Origin: Thecamonas trahens ATCC 50062
Lineage: Eukaryota > Protista > Apusomonadida
Length of the DNA stretch: 64,000 nucleotides
Assembly (NCBI RefSeq): GCF_000142905.1
Contig: NW_013657652.1
Location: 124,001 to 188,000 of the forward strand
Direction: 5' to 3'
Position numbers and translations under genes: made by a program. Below the pieces are notes generated by a model, which was not told the origin of the DNA, made no database searches, and saw only the letters and a program-made list of their open reading frames with translations. Shown here in pieces: positions 46,101-59,269 of this stretch. Each line of letters starts with the position of its first letter. Positions within the stretch are counted from its first letter, which is position 1.

Positions 46101-48413
46101 GAGGGCTCCGGCACCGAGCTGCAGAGCCAAGTCGCCGGTCTCACAGCTTCGCTTGAGGCCGCCAATGCGCTCGCCGCCACCCAGACCACCACCATCGAGT
46201 CGCTGCAAGGCGACCTAGCGACAGCCCGCAGCGACGCCGACGCTGCGGCTGCGGCTGCTGCTGCTGAGCTGGAAGCTCTCCGCGGCGCGTCTGGTGACCT
46301 CGGTGAGGAGCTCTCCAAGCTCAGCGCCCAGCTCGCAGCCTCGGAGGCCAACGTGGCGTCAATGACTGCCGAGCGCGACGCCGTCCGCGCCGAGTTTGAT
46401 GCCCACCTCGCCGAGTGCAGCGCCCAGCAGGCAGAGTCGGAAGCTGCCCTTGCTGCCCTTGCTGCCGAGCGCGACGCCGCCGCTTCCAAGACTGCTGAGC
46501 TTGAAGCCGCGCTCGCCGCAGCCACCGCCGCTGACTCAGACGCCGTCACCTCTCTGCAGCAAAAGGTGTCTCACCTTACCGAGCAAGCCGAGACGCTTGA
46601 AGTTGAGCTCAAGACCGAAGTTGTGGCCAAGACCACTGTCGAAGGCGAGCGCGACGACGCGCTCGCCAAGCTCGCTGAGCTCGAGGCTGCGCTCGCCGCC
46701 GAACGCGCCAAGCGCGAACAGCTGGAAGCATCGTCAGCTATGTCGGCCGACGAGCTTGCCGCCATGCAGGCCAAGCTGGATGCCGAGCGTGCTGCCGCTC
46801 AGGCCCGCCTCGCCTCGGTCCAGGACTACGCGCTCGAGGGCGCCGACGCTGCCCTCGTCGTCTACATCAACGGAGTGCTCAAGGACGATCCATCTGTTGC
46901 CCACCTCCTCCCGCTCGGCCTCCGCGCCCTGGAGGTCGCCACAGCCACCATCGACGGTGTTCTCCTCTGCAAGCTTCTCAATGCCGTCAAGCCGGGCGCT
47001 ATTGACGAGCGTGTCATCAAGCTCCGCGTTGCCGACGAAGAAGACATGATCGAGAACAACCAGCTCTGCCTCGCCTCTGCCCAGGCCATCGGCGCCTCAG
47101 TCTTTTCCATCAAAGCCGGCGACATTCATCAGGGTAAGGTCCCGGTCATTCTCAAGCTCGCTCGTGAGATCGTCAAGGCCGGCCTCCTCTCCAGCATCTC
47201 GATCACCTCGCACCCTGAGCTCCTCGCGCTCAAGCCGCGGTCCATGGAGCTCAAGAAGTTTTCCCGCATCCCACCCGAGGAGCTTCTCCTCATGTGGGTC
47301 AACCACCACATGAGCGCCGGCGCCGGTGCGTCTTCGTCATCCGCTGCCGCCGCCTCGGGTGTGACCGGCCCCGAAGTTGCCAATTTTGCCGACGCCCTCG
47401 CCGACGGCCGCGCCATCGGCATCCTTGTCGCCAAGCTCTTTGCCGACAGGCTCGCTGCCTCATCATCGACCGAGGCCAAGGCGCTCGCCGCCGACCCTGT
47501 CAGTTTCCTAGACTCGGCCACGTCTGACGCCGCGCGCTGCACCGCTGTTGTCGCCGCCCTCGCCGCAGTCGCCCTGGTCCCGTTCGCCTCGGTCGAGAGC
47601 CTGACCTCGAGCGCCACATCAGCCAACCTGCTCACTCTCGCCATGCTCTTTACCCTCAACACCGGCCTTGAGGTCACCTCGGGCCAGGAGGAGGAGATGA
47701 AGAAAATCACCATCACCGACGTGGAGGGCACTCGCGAGGAGCGCATGTTCCGTCTCTGGATCATGTCGCTTGGCATTGAGAAGGAGGTGCGCGAGCTCGA
47801 CGAGGACTTTAAGGACGGCCTGGCCATGCTCCAGATCGAGGATGCCATCGAGCCGGGCATTGTCAAGTGGGCCAAGGTCAACACGACCAGGCTCAACGCT
47901 TTCAAGCTCGTCGAAAACTGCAACTACGGTGTGTCGCTGGCAAAATCGCTCAAGTGCGTTGTCGTCGGCATCGACGGTCAGGACTTTGCCCGCGGCAATC
48001 GCAAGCTCACTCTTGCCATTCTCTGGCAGCTCATGCGGTTTAACGTCCTCAACATCATCCGCAACCTCAAGTTTGAGGGCCGCGAGGTCTCCGACGACGA
48101 CGTACTCGCTTGGGCTAACGACCGTGTCGCTGCTGCGGGCAAGGCTTCGTCCATCCGCTCGTTCAAGGACCGCACCCTCAGCACCTCGCACTTTCTCATC
48201 GACCTTCTCTACGCCATCAAGCCGCGCGCTGTCGACTACAGCCTGGTCACGCCGGGCGAGTCAGATGAGGACGCCATGCTCAACGCCAAGTATGCCATTG
48301 GAGTCGCCCGCAAGCTCGGCGCCCAGGTCTTCCTCGTTTGGGAGGACATCTGTGAGGTTAACGAGCGCATGATCCTGACCTTTATCGGCAACCTCATGAG
48401 TCTTGCCGGCTAG
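43146..48413 (+). CDS. Giant fimbrin/plastin-like protein: 8 EF-hands, ~830-aa coiled-coil, four CH domains
   Basis: EF loops DTDRNG, DEDRSG, DADGSG, DTDGSG, DVDGSG, DADGNG, (degenerate), DPAGTG; plastin motifs '[10 protein letters not shown]...PGAIDERVI', '[12 protein letters not shown]', '[13 protein letters not shown]', 'NAKYAI.VARKLGA..FL..EDI.EV'. Confidence 0.93.
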   Translation: MTEEYSETQLAEFRAAFEACDTDRNGVLLPGELGAALEAMGQALEPDALASLFDVLDEDRSGDLNFEEFVKGMGPVLIQLGVVSAPAGSSAGEAAGDAGGGDDDDAPFSPAEMAKLRAIFEACDADGSGDVDKDELRALLVQLGHELDDDSLDAMFTAMDTDGSGEIEFDEFLAGMGNLLLGKMSPTAAAAAAQIQYTPEQIAIIRDIFNEVDVDGSGEIDIHELEGILLTLGQVPDPAELEALMRNLDADGNGAVDFDEFLHGGMGQIILDAKAEQASATASLSAAMTPEMRALKLRAAREALPSATVAAIEAAFDSLGDGAALPVAELAAVFRELGEKPSRPQLRKHIKALDPAGTGTISIEDFLMFQARRLGLNRGASSASLLGRSAGDEEISTEDLSPEKAFERIQELTSSNTALKEKIANLASEFAMLREKGSQTEERRQKAVDDFNALNASYLELRKELRTIEVLNKEKRELLTELENKQAAISELTTSLETSSKDVEKLREQHRKNLKTIAEYQDELSEAQNALLVKDSALTERADQEEQIKFLKKRIMAMGAENAELQERLSTIDQQQSAIDELKKTLKETSEEYLNFKTAHQNVVLDAASAAAAAASSAAGSDAASLRGELEDLGESVVDVRAERIAKLEADINALNGELADRDTALTLARTTIASLEDKVEAAKVVSVELATLKVAHEEALSSITSLNADLDARSASLSATNAKLVALQKDTARQAALDKETIAGLEAQLERLKATSASLGDSLSDQVTQLKDQLAAAHAETEATREDMRSLTADLKQAESALAASTARIEKAKAAYNELKAELEAERAAFETERDSAAGVVDEANARLAKSKAKYTTAKETITQLLADQEALSRERDVLAGGLEKKAAKLKAFKEELVSISGRLEESEALVAALSEKLAADKEKRKTQVAALSTELETANATVATKQARIEELEALLAASKAVKTERDDLAARLEAATAQLGALEGSGTELQSQVAGLTASLEAANALAATQTTTIESLQGDLATARSDADAAAAAAAAELEALRGASGDLGEELSKLSAQLAASEANVASMTAERDAVRAEFDAHLAECSAQQAESEAALAALAAERDAAASKTAELEAALAAATAADSDAVTSLQQKVSHLTEQAETLEVELKTEVVAKTTVEGERDDALAKLAELEAALAAERAKREQLEASSAMSADELAAMQAKLDAERAAAQARLASVQDYALEGADAALVVYINGVLKDDPSVAHLLPLGLRALEVATATIDGVLLCKLLNAVKPGAIDERVIKLRVADEEDMIENNQLCLASAQAIGASVFSIKAGDIHQGKVPVILKLAREIVKAGLLSSISITSHPELLALKPRSMELKKFSRIPPEELLLMWVNHHMSAGAGASSSSAAAASGVTGPEVANFADALADGRAIGILVAKLFADRLAASSSTEAKALAADPVSFLDSATSDAARCTAVVAALAAVALVPFASVESLTSSATSANLLTLAMLFTLNTGLEVTSGQEEEMKKITITDVEGTREERMFRLWIMSLGIEKEVRELDEDFKDGLAMLQIEDAIEPGIVKWAKVNTTRLNAFKLVENCNYGVSLAKSLKCVVVGIDGQDFARGNRKLTLAILWQLMRFNVLNIIRNLKFEGREVSDDDVLAWANDRVAAAGKASSIRSFKDRTLSTSHFLIDLLYAIKPRAVDYSLVTPGESDEDAMLNAKYAIGVARKLGAQVFLVWEDICEVNERMILTFIGNLMSLAG

Positions 48414-48420
48414 CCGCGCT

Positions 48421-49045
48421 TTACTTTTGCATCTTGCGTCGGACGCTTGCAGCACGCGCCTTCTTGCTCTTGCTTGTCGGCCCTGCCCGCCGCCGCTGCT
48501 GCGACGATGCCACCAGCGACGAACGTCGACCCTCCACCATTCGCTTCAACTCGTTTCCAGACTGGTGGTACAGTGACTTGGTCTCCTTGATGTGCTCTGT
48601 TGCCGAGAACCGTCGATCCGACGCTCCGCTCAGCTTAAAGTCCATAAGCGGCGACTTGCGCCCGCTTGAGCCCACTGACGAGACCGAGCCGCGGCCCTCC
48701 GTGAGTGACGCCCCAGACATGGTGGCAGGTGCAATCCGCGTCAGCGAGTCGGTCGGCTTGGTCACAGGTTGCATGTGTGCGTCGAGTAGGTCCGTTGAAT
48801 TCATCCGGGACATCGAGGCCGACTCGGCAAACTCAGATGCTGTCGCGTTGTGGACAAGGAGCCCGATCGTGGCCTCACTGGGAGCCGGAGATGTGCCTGC
48901 CGGAGAGCCGGAACCGGAACCGGTGCCCGAGCTCGAGCCGGAACCAGAGCTAGAGCCAGAGCCAGATCCGGTGCTGGAGCCAGAGCCAGAGCCAGATCCG
49001 GAACCGGAACCCGGACCTGAACCCGAGCCAGAGCCGGAACCCGAG

Positions 49046-49082
<37 letters not shown>

Positions 49083-52000
49083 CTGGACCCGAACCAGAGC
49101 CAGAGCCAGAGCTGGAACCGCTTCCGCTTCCAGACCCCACTCCGGGTCCCTCCCCGGGCGAGGCTAGGACAGCAAGAGCTGCCGCCATGTCAGCACTGAC
49201 CTTTGCATCTTCAGAGTCACTATCATCGCCGTCGTCATCACCAGATATCGACGAGAGAACCGAGGAGGCATCCGCATCGGCGTCAGCAACAGCCCCAGCG
49301 GCTCCAGCGGCTCCAGTAGCTCCCTCTGTGGCTCCGCCGGTCTTGTCAGCACCACCCAAACCGTTGGAGGCTGCGGCACCTTCGGGGCGAGCCTCTGCCG
49401 GCTCTTCTGAGCTCGAGCAAGGTGACAACGGCTGGGGCGAGCCCCCTTCGCTGCCTGTCGGGAGCAGACCACCATTCTTGTACTCGGAGGTCTTTCGGGT
49501 CATGCTCGGCGACGACGAGGCCGAGACGGCGACGGCGCCAGGAAGGAGCAGCGGTGGGCGGTTGACCTCAATCACAGTCTCGAGGTCGGTGGCTGTATCA
49601 GAGCCGGAATGGTACTTGTCGGGGCTTGGGCTGAGACACGAGGTGTTGACAAGTTCGTCGCCGAGAGAGAGGCTCTTGTTGCCCAGCAGTGGCGATTGTC
49701 CATGAGTGTCCGAAGACAGCGAATGGTTGCGGGTCCGGATGTGTGACGAGGCGTAGGCAGTGACGTCGACGTCTTCCTCGATGCGGAACGACGACGAGAA
49801 CCGTGCGAGCTGATGGGCGGCAAACGAGATGTTGCGGCGCATTTCACGCGGCGAGTCGTCGTCGGTATGCAGTGAGTTCATGACCCGAGTCGCGTGCCCC
49901 TCGTATCCGAGGTAGACCTGTGCCACAATGTCAAACGCAGTACGCAGCTGGCGCCGCTCGCCCTCGGGCAGCAGGCCCCACGTCTCCTGGTCCTGCACAA
50001 TAAACTTGGTCAGCTCGGGCTTGACCATCTCGCGAGCAAGGAGGATCATGTCCGCGCGCACAGCCTTGTCCTTCATGTTCTCCTTCTCCACTATCGTCTT
50101 GGATGACGACCGCCGGATGGCCATGTACACCACAAAAAGAGAACTCCAGCAGCCGCCAAAAACGCTGAGCCGATGAGGATCGAGAGCGCAATGTCCAGCC
50201 CGTGGTGGAGATCCGGGTGTGTGTCTAGGTACGAGACCCGATTCGAGCCGATGTCCTTGATCATGAGCATGGCGATAGCTAGGACGAGGATACACACGCT
50301 CAGCAAGTATGTCTCGAGATGGTTACACACATCGATAAAGTACGGCTGGGTGAGGAGATGTGCCACCAACGAGATGAGCATGAGGAGCATGGCCGTGAGG
50401 ACTTGCTGGACGGGATCGCGGATCATGGTGAGGATGACAATCGTGACAATAAACTTACGCGCGATCGCGTTGAGCGACCAGTAGTAGACCCGTGGCTGGA
50501 AGCGGACAAACAAGTGTGCGTGTCGCTTCATAAACTTCGGCGCGCGATACTGTTTTGGCGCCACCCAGATGACGTAGAGGAAAAACGCCGGAATGAAGAC
50601 CGTGTACACCGCCATGGCGCAGATGGCAACCGGCAGGTGCTCCGCCCACTCGCGCGTGTAGCACGTGATGGCAGGGTAGGCCTTGAGCGTCGCAGTCCCG
50701 TCGGGCTGTGCGTAGCACTGGAAGAGGAGAAAGGCAACCTGTGACATGTAGATGTACAGCACGTCCGAGATGACCAGCAGCGAGTTGATGATCTTGTCCA
50801 ACGAGACTTGTGTGGGGTACATACACCAGGTCCGCAAACCGGTTCCCAGACAGGCTGGCGGCACGATCGCACGCCCAGAACCGCTCCGCCGCTGCAGAAC
50901 ACGGATAACCAGCGCCGTTCCGCCATAAAGCAAGGCGAAGAACAGCGGGCAGAGAAGCGGCATGGCCACCAACGTCATGTACCGTTCCAGGAAGCTCACC
51001 TCCCCAAACATGCATTCGGGGGCGACAAAAACCGATAGATCAAGAGCCACGATGCCCACAAACGACATAAGCCTGCTCGCCGAGCCCCACGAGACGTTAA
51101 AGCCGTCAAAAACGGCCAGCACCTGGAGGAACGTTAGCAAGAGCCCCAGCGAGGTCGAGATCGAGAGCGCTGTTCGGAGACCAGCCAGCGCCGGTCGGTT
51201 CGAGATCTTAAAGACTAGAAACGAGAGGAGAAAGCAGACCGCAATCGTGAGCGGGAGCGAGATGTTGGCCAGCGCTGTGCACCGTGTGCACTGTGGCGCT
51301 CCCTTGAGGACCGAGCCAGAGTTGTAAAAGCCGGAAATGCACGCCGAGCAGATGGCACCCTGGTACCCAAAGCCGCATGTACCGGGCTCGCCGCCGGGGC
51401 ATGCGTCCTTCGACCGGCATAGGAAGAAGGTGTACGGATCGTCTGGGTGCGACCAATAGGCAGCGTCTGCGCGCGGAACAGCAAGACCCCCGGCACATAC
51501 GCCGCCGGGTGGGCAAGCGTGACATGCGGTACCGGGCCCGTCGAGCGTGTAGTATCCAGGGCGGCAGAGGCACTGGGTCACATTTCCTGTCCCCGAGTCG
51601 ATCGTTATCGTGTTGGCTGGGCAATCCTTGCACTCTAACTGCCCCTCCTCCTCCACGTACTTGTTGAGCGGACAGAGCGAGCAAATCGGCTCGCCAGGTA
51701 GAGGTGCAACGCTGCCGGGCGAGCACAGAAAGCACTGCGACCGGTCTGTCGACGACGTCGTGCCGGCGGGGCAGATGAGGCACGAGCCCATGCCGGCAGT
51801 GGGTGCATACGAGCCGGCGTTGCAGCTGCTGCAAGACGTGGACGCGTTGCGCGACGTTGTGCCCGGATCGCACGCGCCGCAGAGCCCGGTCGAGATCTGA
51901 CTCTGAACAGTGCCGGCCACGCAATGGACGCAGCGCCCTCCGCGCGCCTCGTATCGTGGTGGGCACGGGATGGTAATGGTGATGACACCTGGAGCGAGCG

Positions 52001-55000
52001 ACCACTCTAGGTTGTCGAACGCCGAGAAGCGGAATGAGTCGACGGCCTCGCCGGCGGGAAAGTCGGCGAGGCTTGCCCCATGCGGCCGGTACTCGATCTC
52101 TACGCCGCCCGAGACTAGTGCCGACGGAATCAGCGTAGCCGGTGTGATCAACACGTCATCAACGTACAGGTCGCCGAGGCGGGAAAGTCATCGATGCGGA
52201 ACTCAAACTGTGACTGGTGCTCGTCAGCGGCCGACACAACAATGGTGTCGGGCTTGGCGGCTGTGATCGTGTTGTCGGCCAAGCCGAAGAACAGCGGCCC
52301 AATGTTGGCCATCCTCGAGATGGGGTCTGGAGGGTCGTTGGTGTTGTCCACCGAAATGTCGGCCCGGTACGCGCCGCCACCCGAGGAGTCGAGTGCGTAG
52401 CCGTTGGTAAGCAGCGGCAGCTGTGCATACTCGAGCGCAATAGGGGGCGGAAGCGAGGCGAAAAACGGCGACGTGTAAACACCAAAGCCGTGTGGCTCGG
52501 GAAGAATGGCGTTCGGGGCATCAATGAGCGCAGCAGAGACCAAAATTCCATCAAGGACCACACTGGAGAGCAAGTGCGGGAGCGTGTACAGGTGGACAGT
52601 CAACTCTTCGCGAAAGTATCGCGAGCTCGGGAGCATGGCGAGTGGAATGTGGACTTCCGTGCCGCTGATGGTCGTCGGGCCGATGCCTGCCAGTGTCGAA
52701 GCCAGAACGATGCGTTCAGAGGTGACCGACTCGCTTGTGACAACAACATGGAACGGGGTTTCCGGCGGGCACGTAATTGCCAGCGAGACGTTGGCGGCAT
52801 AGGTCGGTGCGTTGAGGGCGCCATTAAAGCCGATCCACGCGCCAGACTCTAGAACGACGCGAAGAGCGAGGCCGGCAAACGGACCCAGGTCTGGAGAGCA
52901 GGTAATGTCCGATGACGCCGCACACGCAGCCTGTAGCTCAGCCATGGTGGCCGAGCTGCCTGCACCGGGATCGAGGACGCTGGCCAGAAAGGCCGAGGCG
53001 ATGGTTGTGTTGGCGCGAAAGGCGAGTGTTGCTGCGGTTGACGGTAGTAAAACAGCGCCCGGAGCCACAAACCGGTCCCAGGAGCCCAGCCGATTCTCCC
53101 GCGTCGCCACCAGCATCGGCTGCGCGTGGCTGGTCGTGCCGGCCACCGGCTCCGAGACTAACATGATGGGCCGGAAGACCGCAGAGCCGAACGAAGCCTG
53201 AAGCGGCCAGGTCGTGTCAAAGTAGGAGCCAATGAGCGCACTCGCTTGCTCAATCATGACGTACGAGGCGTTGAGGGCAACAAAGCCGGGCACCAACAGC
53301 GGGGCCAGCGGCGCGTCGCCAGCGGCACGCACAAGCGACAGTGGCTTGGTTGTCGAGGCAGTGACAACACTAACCGCTCCACTAGATCCAGGCGGCAGAG
53401 GTGACGCGATCAGATCCAGATCGTCAAAGTGGAGCGTGGCAGAGGGAAGAGAGGGATGCGAGCCACGAAGGCGGGTGCCAGCACGAGCGGCGATGTCGTC
53501 GACGGTCCGGTCGGCAGGCCAGAGACGCACGGCATCGAGCTCAATGTCAAGTGCGTCTCCTCCAGAAAAGGCGCGGCCGAGGGCAACGCCGTCGACCCGA
53601 CGCTCGTCACTTGCAAACGTGGCCGTCTGCGGCGCCGCGGCGAGGACTTGGTTACTCCACACTACCCGCACATGGGTGCCCGAAAGCAGCGTGAGGGCAA
53701 CATGGACCGGAACGTTGCGAACAGCGGGTGCAAAGCCTGGCAGCGACTGCACCACTGTCGCATCGGCGTCCGGATCGTGTAGCCGCAGCGAAGGCACCCA
53801 CGTGTTACCCCCGGAGCAGGTGAGGACAAGATCCACGCGCGGATCGCCAGCACCGGTAGCGTTGAGCGAGATAAGCGTGCCAGTAGCACATGCGGCATCA
53901 GCGGGAAAGTGGATCCAGGTCTCGACACAAAGCGACGGAGCGCCGGTGGCGAAGAGGCCCGGAAGGAGATGGCTGGTGAGCGAGTCGAGCGTGCGCATGC
54001 TGTTGAGCCGGAGTGCAGCGGTACTGTCCGGTGCAAAGGCAGGAGGCGGGACAATGACCGATGCTGCGAATGAGAGGGCAAGCGTGCCGCGCGGCAGCAG
54101 GGCGTTGACAGCAAAGCGAGCGAGCGGAAGCGCAGAGGCCTGCGACGGAACTGCCACAACAGTGTGGAGCAGCGCGAGCCTGTTGTCAAGGCGGGTTGCG
54201 GCAGCGAGCGGCGTCAGCACCGACGGCGAAGTCCAGGCGTAGAAGCCGCCGGCAAACCCGATCGGGAGCGGGAGCTCTAGCAGCGGGAGGCCGACAGTTG
54301 GCGCTAGCTCGGCGGCGGTGAGGACGACAGCTGTGAGGGGGATAAGTCGCGGCGAGTCCGGATCAGGCGCCGAGGCCTCGGACATGGCGTCGACGAGGAT
54401 GGCAAGCGGCGGTGGTGCCGACGGTGAGGCGGGCATCTGCTCGGTGCTGACAAGCGTCCACGAGTGGGCCGTGGCGTCAAGCTCAACAAACGGACAACTA
54501 GTGGCGTTGGCCGGCGGGCATGACGCTGAGCTGGGGTACGGCACAAGGATGCAGCTTGTGTCAGCCGGAAGTGCACCTGCCGAGACGAGATCGGTGGCAT
54601 TGACGCACGCAGCATTGCCGAGTGAGCACCGCGACGCCAGAAAGGCCGGTGAGGCGTCAAAGAGCAGGATGGAGGTTGCCAGCGAGCCGGTGTCGAGCTC
54701 GATGCCAAACGGCAAGGAGTCAGCGTCTAGAGTGGTCGATGTGAGGTTGGTGCAGACACCAGGAGTGTGGACGTCGAGTGGAAGCGGCGTGAGGCCGGGA
54801 AGGGTGATCGAGGCAAGGCGTGACGGGCCAGCAACCCAGGCCGCGACAACAAGCTCTTCACCAGCAGAGGCAGTGAGGCTGACCGGGAGTGATCCTACCG
54901 AGTTGGTGGTGTCGGGAACGAGGACGTTGGCCTGGCCGGTAGGCGCGGCGGAGCCGAGCTCGGCGGTGGCCAACGGGCGGACGGAAAAGTAGGGCGAGAG

Positions 55001-55756
55001 CGACGGGGCCCGTGAAAATACTCCAGACGAAGGAAGGGAGACTTTTGGCCCGCAAGCAGCAGCGAGGCCAAGATTGCTGAAGGCGTCAGGGTGGTCAAAG
55101 CAAAGGACCGGGGCGTCGGCCAGGCGGACATTGTCGACAGCAGCGTGGGCACCAGCGCCGCCGAGTGTGATGACAAGCTCGCTGAGCGTAGTGCGGCTGG
55201 CTGGATCACTAGCAACAGCGAGTACGGTTGAGCTGGAGCCGACAGTGACGGTGAGGAGAGCAGAGGACGGCTGCCAGACCAAGCTCACGGAGGACCAGAC
55301 GAGACGGTCGAGGACGAGACCGGATGGAGAATGCGGGCCAAGAGCAGCCGAGACGGAGAGACCCAGTGGTGCTGCGGCTGCGGCGGCTTGTGCAGCTTCG
55401 CGTGGCATGTAGGCAGACACATCGGGCGGAGCCAGGTAGGCGGCGAGGAGCGGGTCCGGAGACGAAACCGATGCGGCGACGGCGACGAGCGGCGCGGCGG
55501 CGAGCGGCGCGTCTGGGGGAGCGAGCGGGTAGACGTCAAACGAGAGGCTCCAAGGTGTTGATGACGGCAAGTTCGTGGGTAGCGGTTTGAGGGTGAAGCT
55601 CGCGCGAGCCTGGTCCGAAGCCTCGGGAGCCGGGGTGAGGACCAGAGCCGAGCCAGCACCGTACAGTTCCAGAGCTGCGGCTGTGAGCGAAGAGACCAGG
55701 AGTATGATGACAAGGACAAGGGCGTGTGAGGTGGAGCATGCCACCTGTGTGCCCAT
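48421..55756 (-). CDS. ~2445-aa membrane protein: signal peptide, LamG/ConA-like ectodomain regions, GCC2/GCC3 (ephrin-receptor-like) Cys repeats, multi-pass TM region, Ser/Gly-rich tail; two frameshifts (~52182, ~50136)
   Basis: Three abutting ORFs join by +1 base each (7336+2 nt is divisible by 3); signal '[18 protein letters not shown]'; 'C..C.AG.Y....G...C..CP' repeats; 'C..GYQG..CS.C..GFY'; TM block with 'F.C......L...P.I.CY...W' and 'F.P..YYW....RK'. Confidence 0.8.
48903..49135 (-). repeat. Coding (Gly-Ser)n hexanucleotide repeat
   Basis: gagcca/gaaccg repeats encode GSGSGS on the minus strand. Confidence 0.9.
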
Positions 55757-56008
55757 AGTAGGGGGTTGTAAACGTGGTCTGGGAGTGGGGTGGGGGTGGG
55801 GTGGAGGCAAGTGGAAGGCACACCGTGTCTCGAGTCGGGCTGCGGTGGGAGGGGAGGGGGGAAGGGGCGGTGGCGTGGGGCCCAGGGAGTGGGCATGTTG
55901 CAAAGGATTGCCAGGAACGCGTGAATTGGTCTCATCAATTTGTTGGAGACGGCGGCGATCACACAGAGAACAGTGAATATTGGATGCTGTCCAATACTTT
56001 TACGGCTG

Positions 56009-57332
56009 TCAGCCAAGCGGCGCAGAGAGGAGCTCGTTAGAGTATGACATGCGGGAGGCCCACTCGGCTGAGGAGGACCGGAGAAGGGCGTTATGCCGGC
56101 AGAGCTCATCGTTGAAAGAGGCATCGCGGAGAGCATACCAGCCTGGACGGGGTCCGCGCAAGTTCTCCAGCTCTTGGATGCGCTTACGCTTGACGATCTC
56201 GCGTTCGCGGCGACGGAGCTGTTCGAGGAAGATGTCGTAGGCCTCGAGCTGTAGCTCGCCAGGATGCATAGGGCGGGCGAGGCGCTCGCGGCGGCGCTCA
56301 AAGTGTTCGATGCTGCCGTGATCGGTCTCGACCTCATCACGCCAGAGAATGGAGCGGAGGCCGAGCTCGGCGGCTGCGTCGTCGTCGTCGGCGGCGGCGT
56401 GGCCCATCGCACGGGCCTCGGTGCGGGAGAAAACTCTGGCGCCGACAATGGCGTCCGACTCAGTGGTGGCGTCCGGAGCGCTGCTGACAGCATCGCCAGC
56501 CATGATCTCGGCCTCGATGGCGGCGAGTCGGGCATGCGGATTGCGGGCGTCGCGGATCTTGGGTAGTGGTCCCAGACCGACGAGGCGCGGCCAGCATCGG
56601 GCTCCCGTGCACCGTGCAGAATGGCATTGTATGCCTCCTGGGACAGGTGGCCCTCCAGCTGCGCCTTGAACGCCGCAGTGAGCCGCGGCGAGGCCTCGGG
56701 TGGCCCTGCAGCTGCGAGCGCATCTGGGTCGTCAAACGGCTGTGGATGGGCAGGATAGAGCAGTGACTCGCGACGGCGAGCAGTCGAGGTGCACCAGTGG
56801 CTCCCAGTCTCACGCGGCGGGATCGTGGCCTCCTGCTCGCCATCCCGCGCGTCTGCTGCATGAGCTGCATCGGCGTCGTCGATGTCGGCGGCGTCCGCCC
56901 CGGCCTCTGCAGCCAGAACCTGCGCAATCGAGTCACGTAGCTCGCAACGCGCCTTCAGCGGCATGTCGGGGTTCGCCTCCAGCACTTCGTCGAGCACGGC
57001 ATCGAGCCTCTCCTGCAGCGCCGCCGCAGCAGCAGCCCGGGCAGCCGCCACAGCAGCCGCATCGGCCGCCAGCGCCTCGGGCGAGTACTTGTACTGCGGC
57101 GGAAGGACCGGAGCGCTCGCCCGCGGGGGGTAGCATGTGACCTTGGGCGAGGACGGCGATGGCGGGCAGCCACCCCCGGCGGCGAGGCGTGCGGGTACGG
57201 CGGCGAGGCGTCCCACTCGCGAGCGGGCTTGCCGGTCGTCAACGGATGCATGCTGTCGCGGGCGGCCCGCCGACGCTCGCGTGCGTACGCCGACGACACC
57301 CGCGCAGCACGTGCCTTGCGCAAGCCGTCCAT
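56009..57332 (-). CDS. Hypothetical protein (~441 aa) with two frameshifts (~57173 or ~57125; ~56561)
   Basis: Three overlapping coding-like segments (MDGLRKAR..., ...QYKYSPEALAA..., ...ARLAAIEAEIM...WYALRD.SF.DEL) join with one extra base each. Confidence 0.6.
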
Positions 57333-57692
57333 TGTATGAATACGTGTGCTTTGTTGCGAGGCAGAAGAGGAGAGACGGGGAGGGGGAGAGGAGGGGAGGG
57401 AGAGGTGGGGGGAGGGAGGGAGGGAGGGGTTGTTTGGCAGTGAGCAGTAGCCGTTAATGGACAGCTCCCGCAATCTCGGCGTTGGTTGCCCGCATTTTGC
57501 ATTGAGTTTGGTCGGAGGGGGGGGGCGGAAGGGGGGGGGAGGGGAAGGGGCGCGTCGGGGGGACAAGGAGGGAGCAGTTGCTGGCAAGGGCAGGGTGACA
57601 CTGGCACACTTGGCTACACCTCACTTTCTGTAGTCCTCACACACAAGCACATAGTCGTACATACGGAAGGGACAAAGGGCTGGCGTGGGACG

Positions 57693-58115
57693 ATGGCGAG
57701 CGTACCGCAGACAGAGGCGGCGAGCACGACAGCGGCGGCGACAGAGACTAGGGCTGGGGCCGACGGTGGGGTCGATGGAGGGGACGATGGAGGGGTGTTT
57801 GGACGGATCGCGCAGTGGCTGGAGGGCTACAAGACAACGAGGGACGAGCGGCGGGCGCGGTATGAGGCGGCCAAGACCAAGACGCCCGAGGAGAATGCCG
57901 CGGACAAGGCCGAGGCGCTGCGCAAGTGCCACGAGCCGCACGAGGCCCTGCTACGGTGCTACAAGGACTCGCTTATTCCGGTCTGTCTCTCCGAGTACAA
58001 GGAGTTTTGGGCGTGTTTCCGTCGCGAGCGTGGCTTTGCGCGAATCTCCATCTCGGCGCCGGCATCTGCGGGTGGCAGCAAGGGGGATGTGGACGGCAAG
58101 GCCGAGTCGAGCTAG
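57693..58115 (+). CDS. Small twin CX9C (CHCH-like) protein, candidate mitochondrial intermembrane-space MIA40 substrate
   Basis: C-HEPHEALLR-C-x8-C-LSEYKEFWA-C spacing. Confidence 0.75.
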   Translation: MASVPQTEAASTTAAATETRAGADGGVDGGDDGGVFGRIAQWLEGYKTTRDERRARYEAAKTKTPEENAADKAEALRKCHEPHEALLRCYKDSLIPVCLSEYKEFWACFRRERGFARISISAPASAGGSKGDVDGKAESS

Positions 58116-58124
58116 TAGAGGCGG

Positions 58125-59154
58125 TCAGAGCCCGGCAAGCTCGGCGAGGAGACGATCCTCTTCGGCTTGGGCTTGCAACCGGCTAGGTTGGGCGCGGGAG
58201 CCGGTGGCGACCGAGGTCGCACTCGGCGGAGCCCGCGACGGGACCGTTGCCATCGACGAGCCTATGTCGAGCGCGACACCGTCAAGAACTTGTGCAAGCA
58301 CGTTGTCGACCTCCTCGTCGTCAGAGAGCGAGTCCATAGCCGAGTCGAGCGCATCGTTGACCATCTCGTCCTGGATTTCCATCTGGGTCGAGGCCTGAGC
58401 GTACGCAGACGCGACGGCGGTCATCGACGACGCCGGAAGAGCTGCGTTGGTCGCCGCCAGCGCCTTGGTCGCTGTCGCCATCGACTTTGCGGTTGCGCGT
58501 GTCGCGTCCTGCGCCGCAATCGTGTGTTTGACTGCTGTCATCTGACCCGACGCCTTGAGCAGCCGCTCTTTCTGCTTACGCAGCTTGACCAGCGAGACCG
58601 AGAGCCGCTTGGCCGTCGCCCGATCCTTGCGCGCTACCGCCTTCTTGATGTTTCTGATGAGCTCGGCCTCGGACCGCTCCAGCCGCCGCGCCTCGCGCTC
58701 CAGATCACGCTGCGCCCCACGCACACTCCGTTTAGCTGCCCGACTCTGTTCTATTTCCGCGCGCCCAAGCCCCAGCCTCCCCGTCGCCGTGAGTTCGCCG
58801 CGAGAGCATCGCTTCCACGCCCGCACATGCCATGCCTCCTCCCCGCATCAACCTCGATCTCACCCACCCCGTAGCCATGGCTAAACCCCAGAGCGACAAT
58901 CACGTAACACCATTACCTGTTACACAAAGGGTCCGGTGGTGTCACCGAGTCTCCCTCTGATGGTCGGCGGGAGGAAGGGCGGGAGCCTATTGCCCTGCCC
59001 ATACCATACTGTGTGTGGCTCACCTCACACGGCCCCCACACCCACCACACCCACCACGTCCACCACGTCCACCACACCACACCCGCCGCACCGGCACCCT
59101 CGCAAGCCGTGCATTGACTGGCATACCCTTGGGAGATGGCTTGCGTCCGAACAT
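58125..59154 (-). CDS. CHMP2: ESCRT-III subunit CHMP2/Vps2; exons 59154-59127 and 58750-58125
   Basis: Spliced product MFGRKPSPKEQSRAAKRSVRGAQRDLERE...LVKLRKQ...EMVNDALD...EEVDNVLAQVLD; C-terminal MIM1-like EEDRLLAELAGL; GTATGC...TAG intron. Confidence 0.92.
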
Positions 59155-59269
59155 GGTTGCTTGGAGATGGATCTGTCCAGCCGAGGAGCAGGAGTGCGGC
59201 GTGGGGCGAGTCGGTGTGGGTGGGGAGGGGAGGAACTGAACCGATAGTTTAAGGCTAGGCCGCGGCGCC

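Noticed and set aside
55285-56500. Long C-terminal part of ORF 55285-57216 overlapping the giant TM gene
   Set aside because: Out-of-frame read-through after the ~56561 shift; the coding-like frame ends at 56009.
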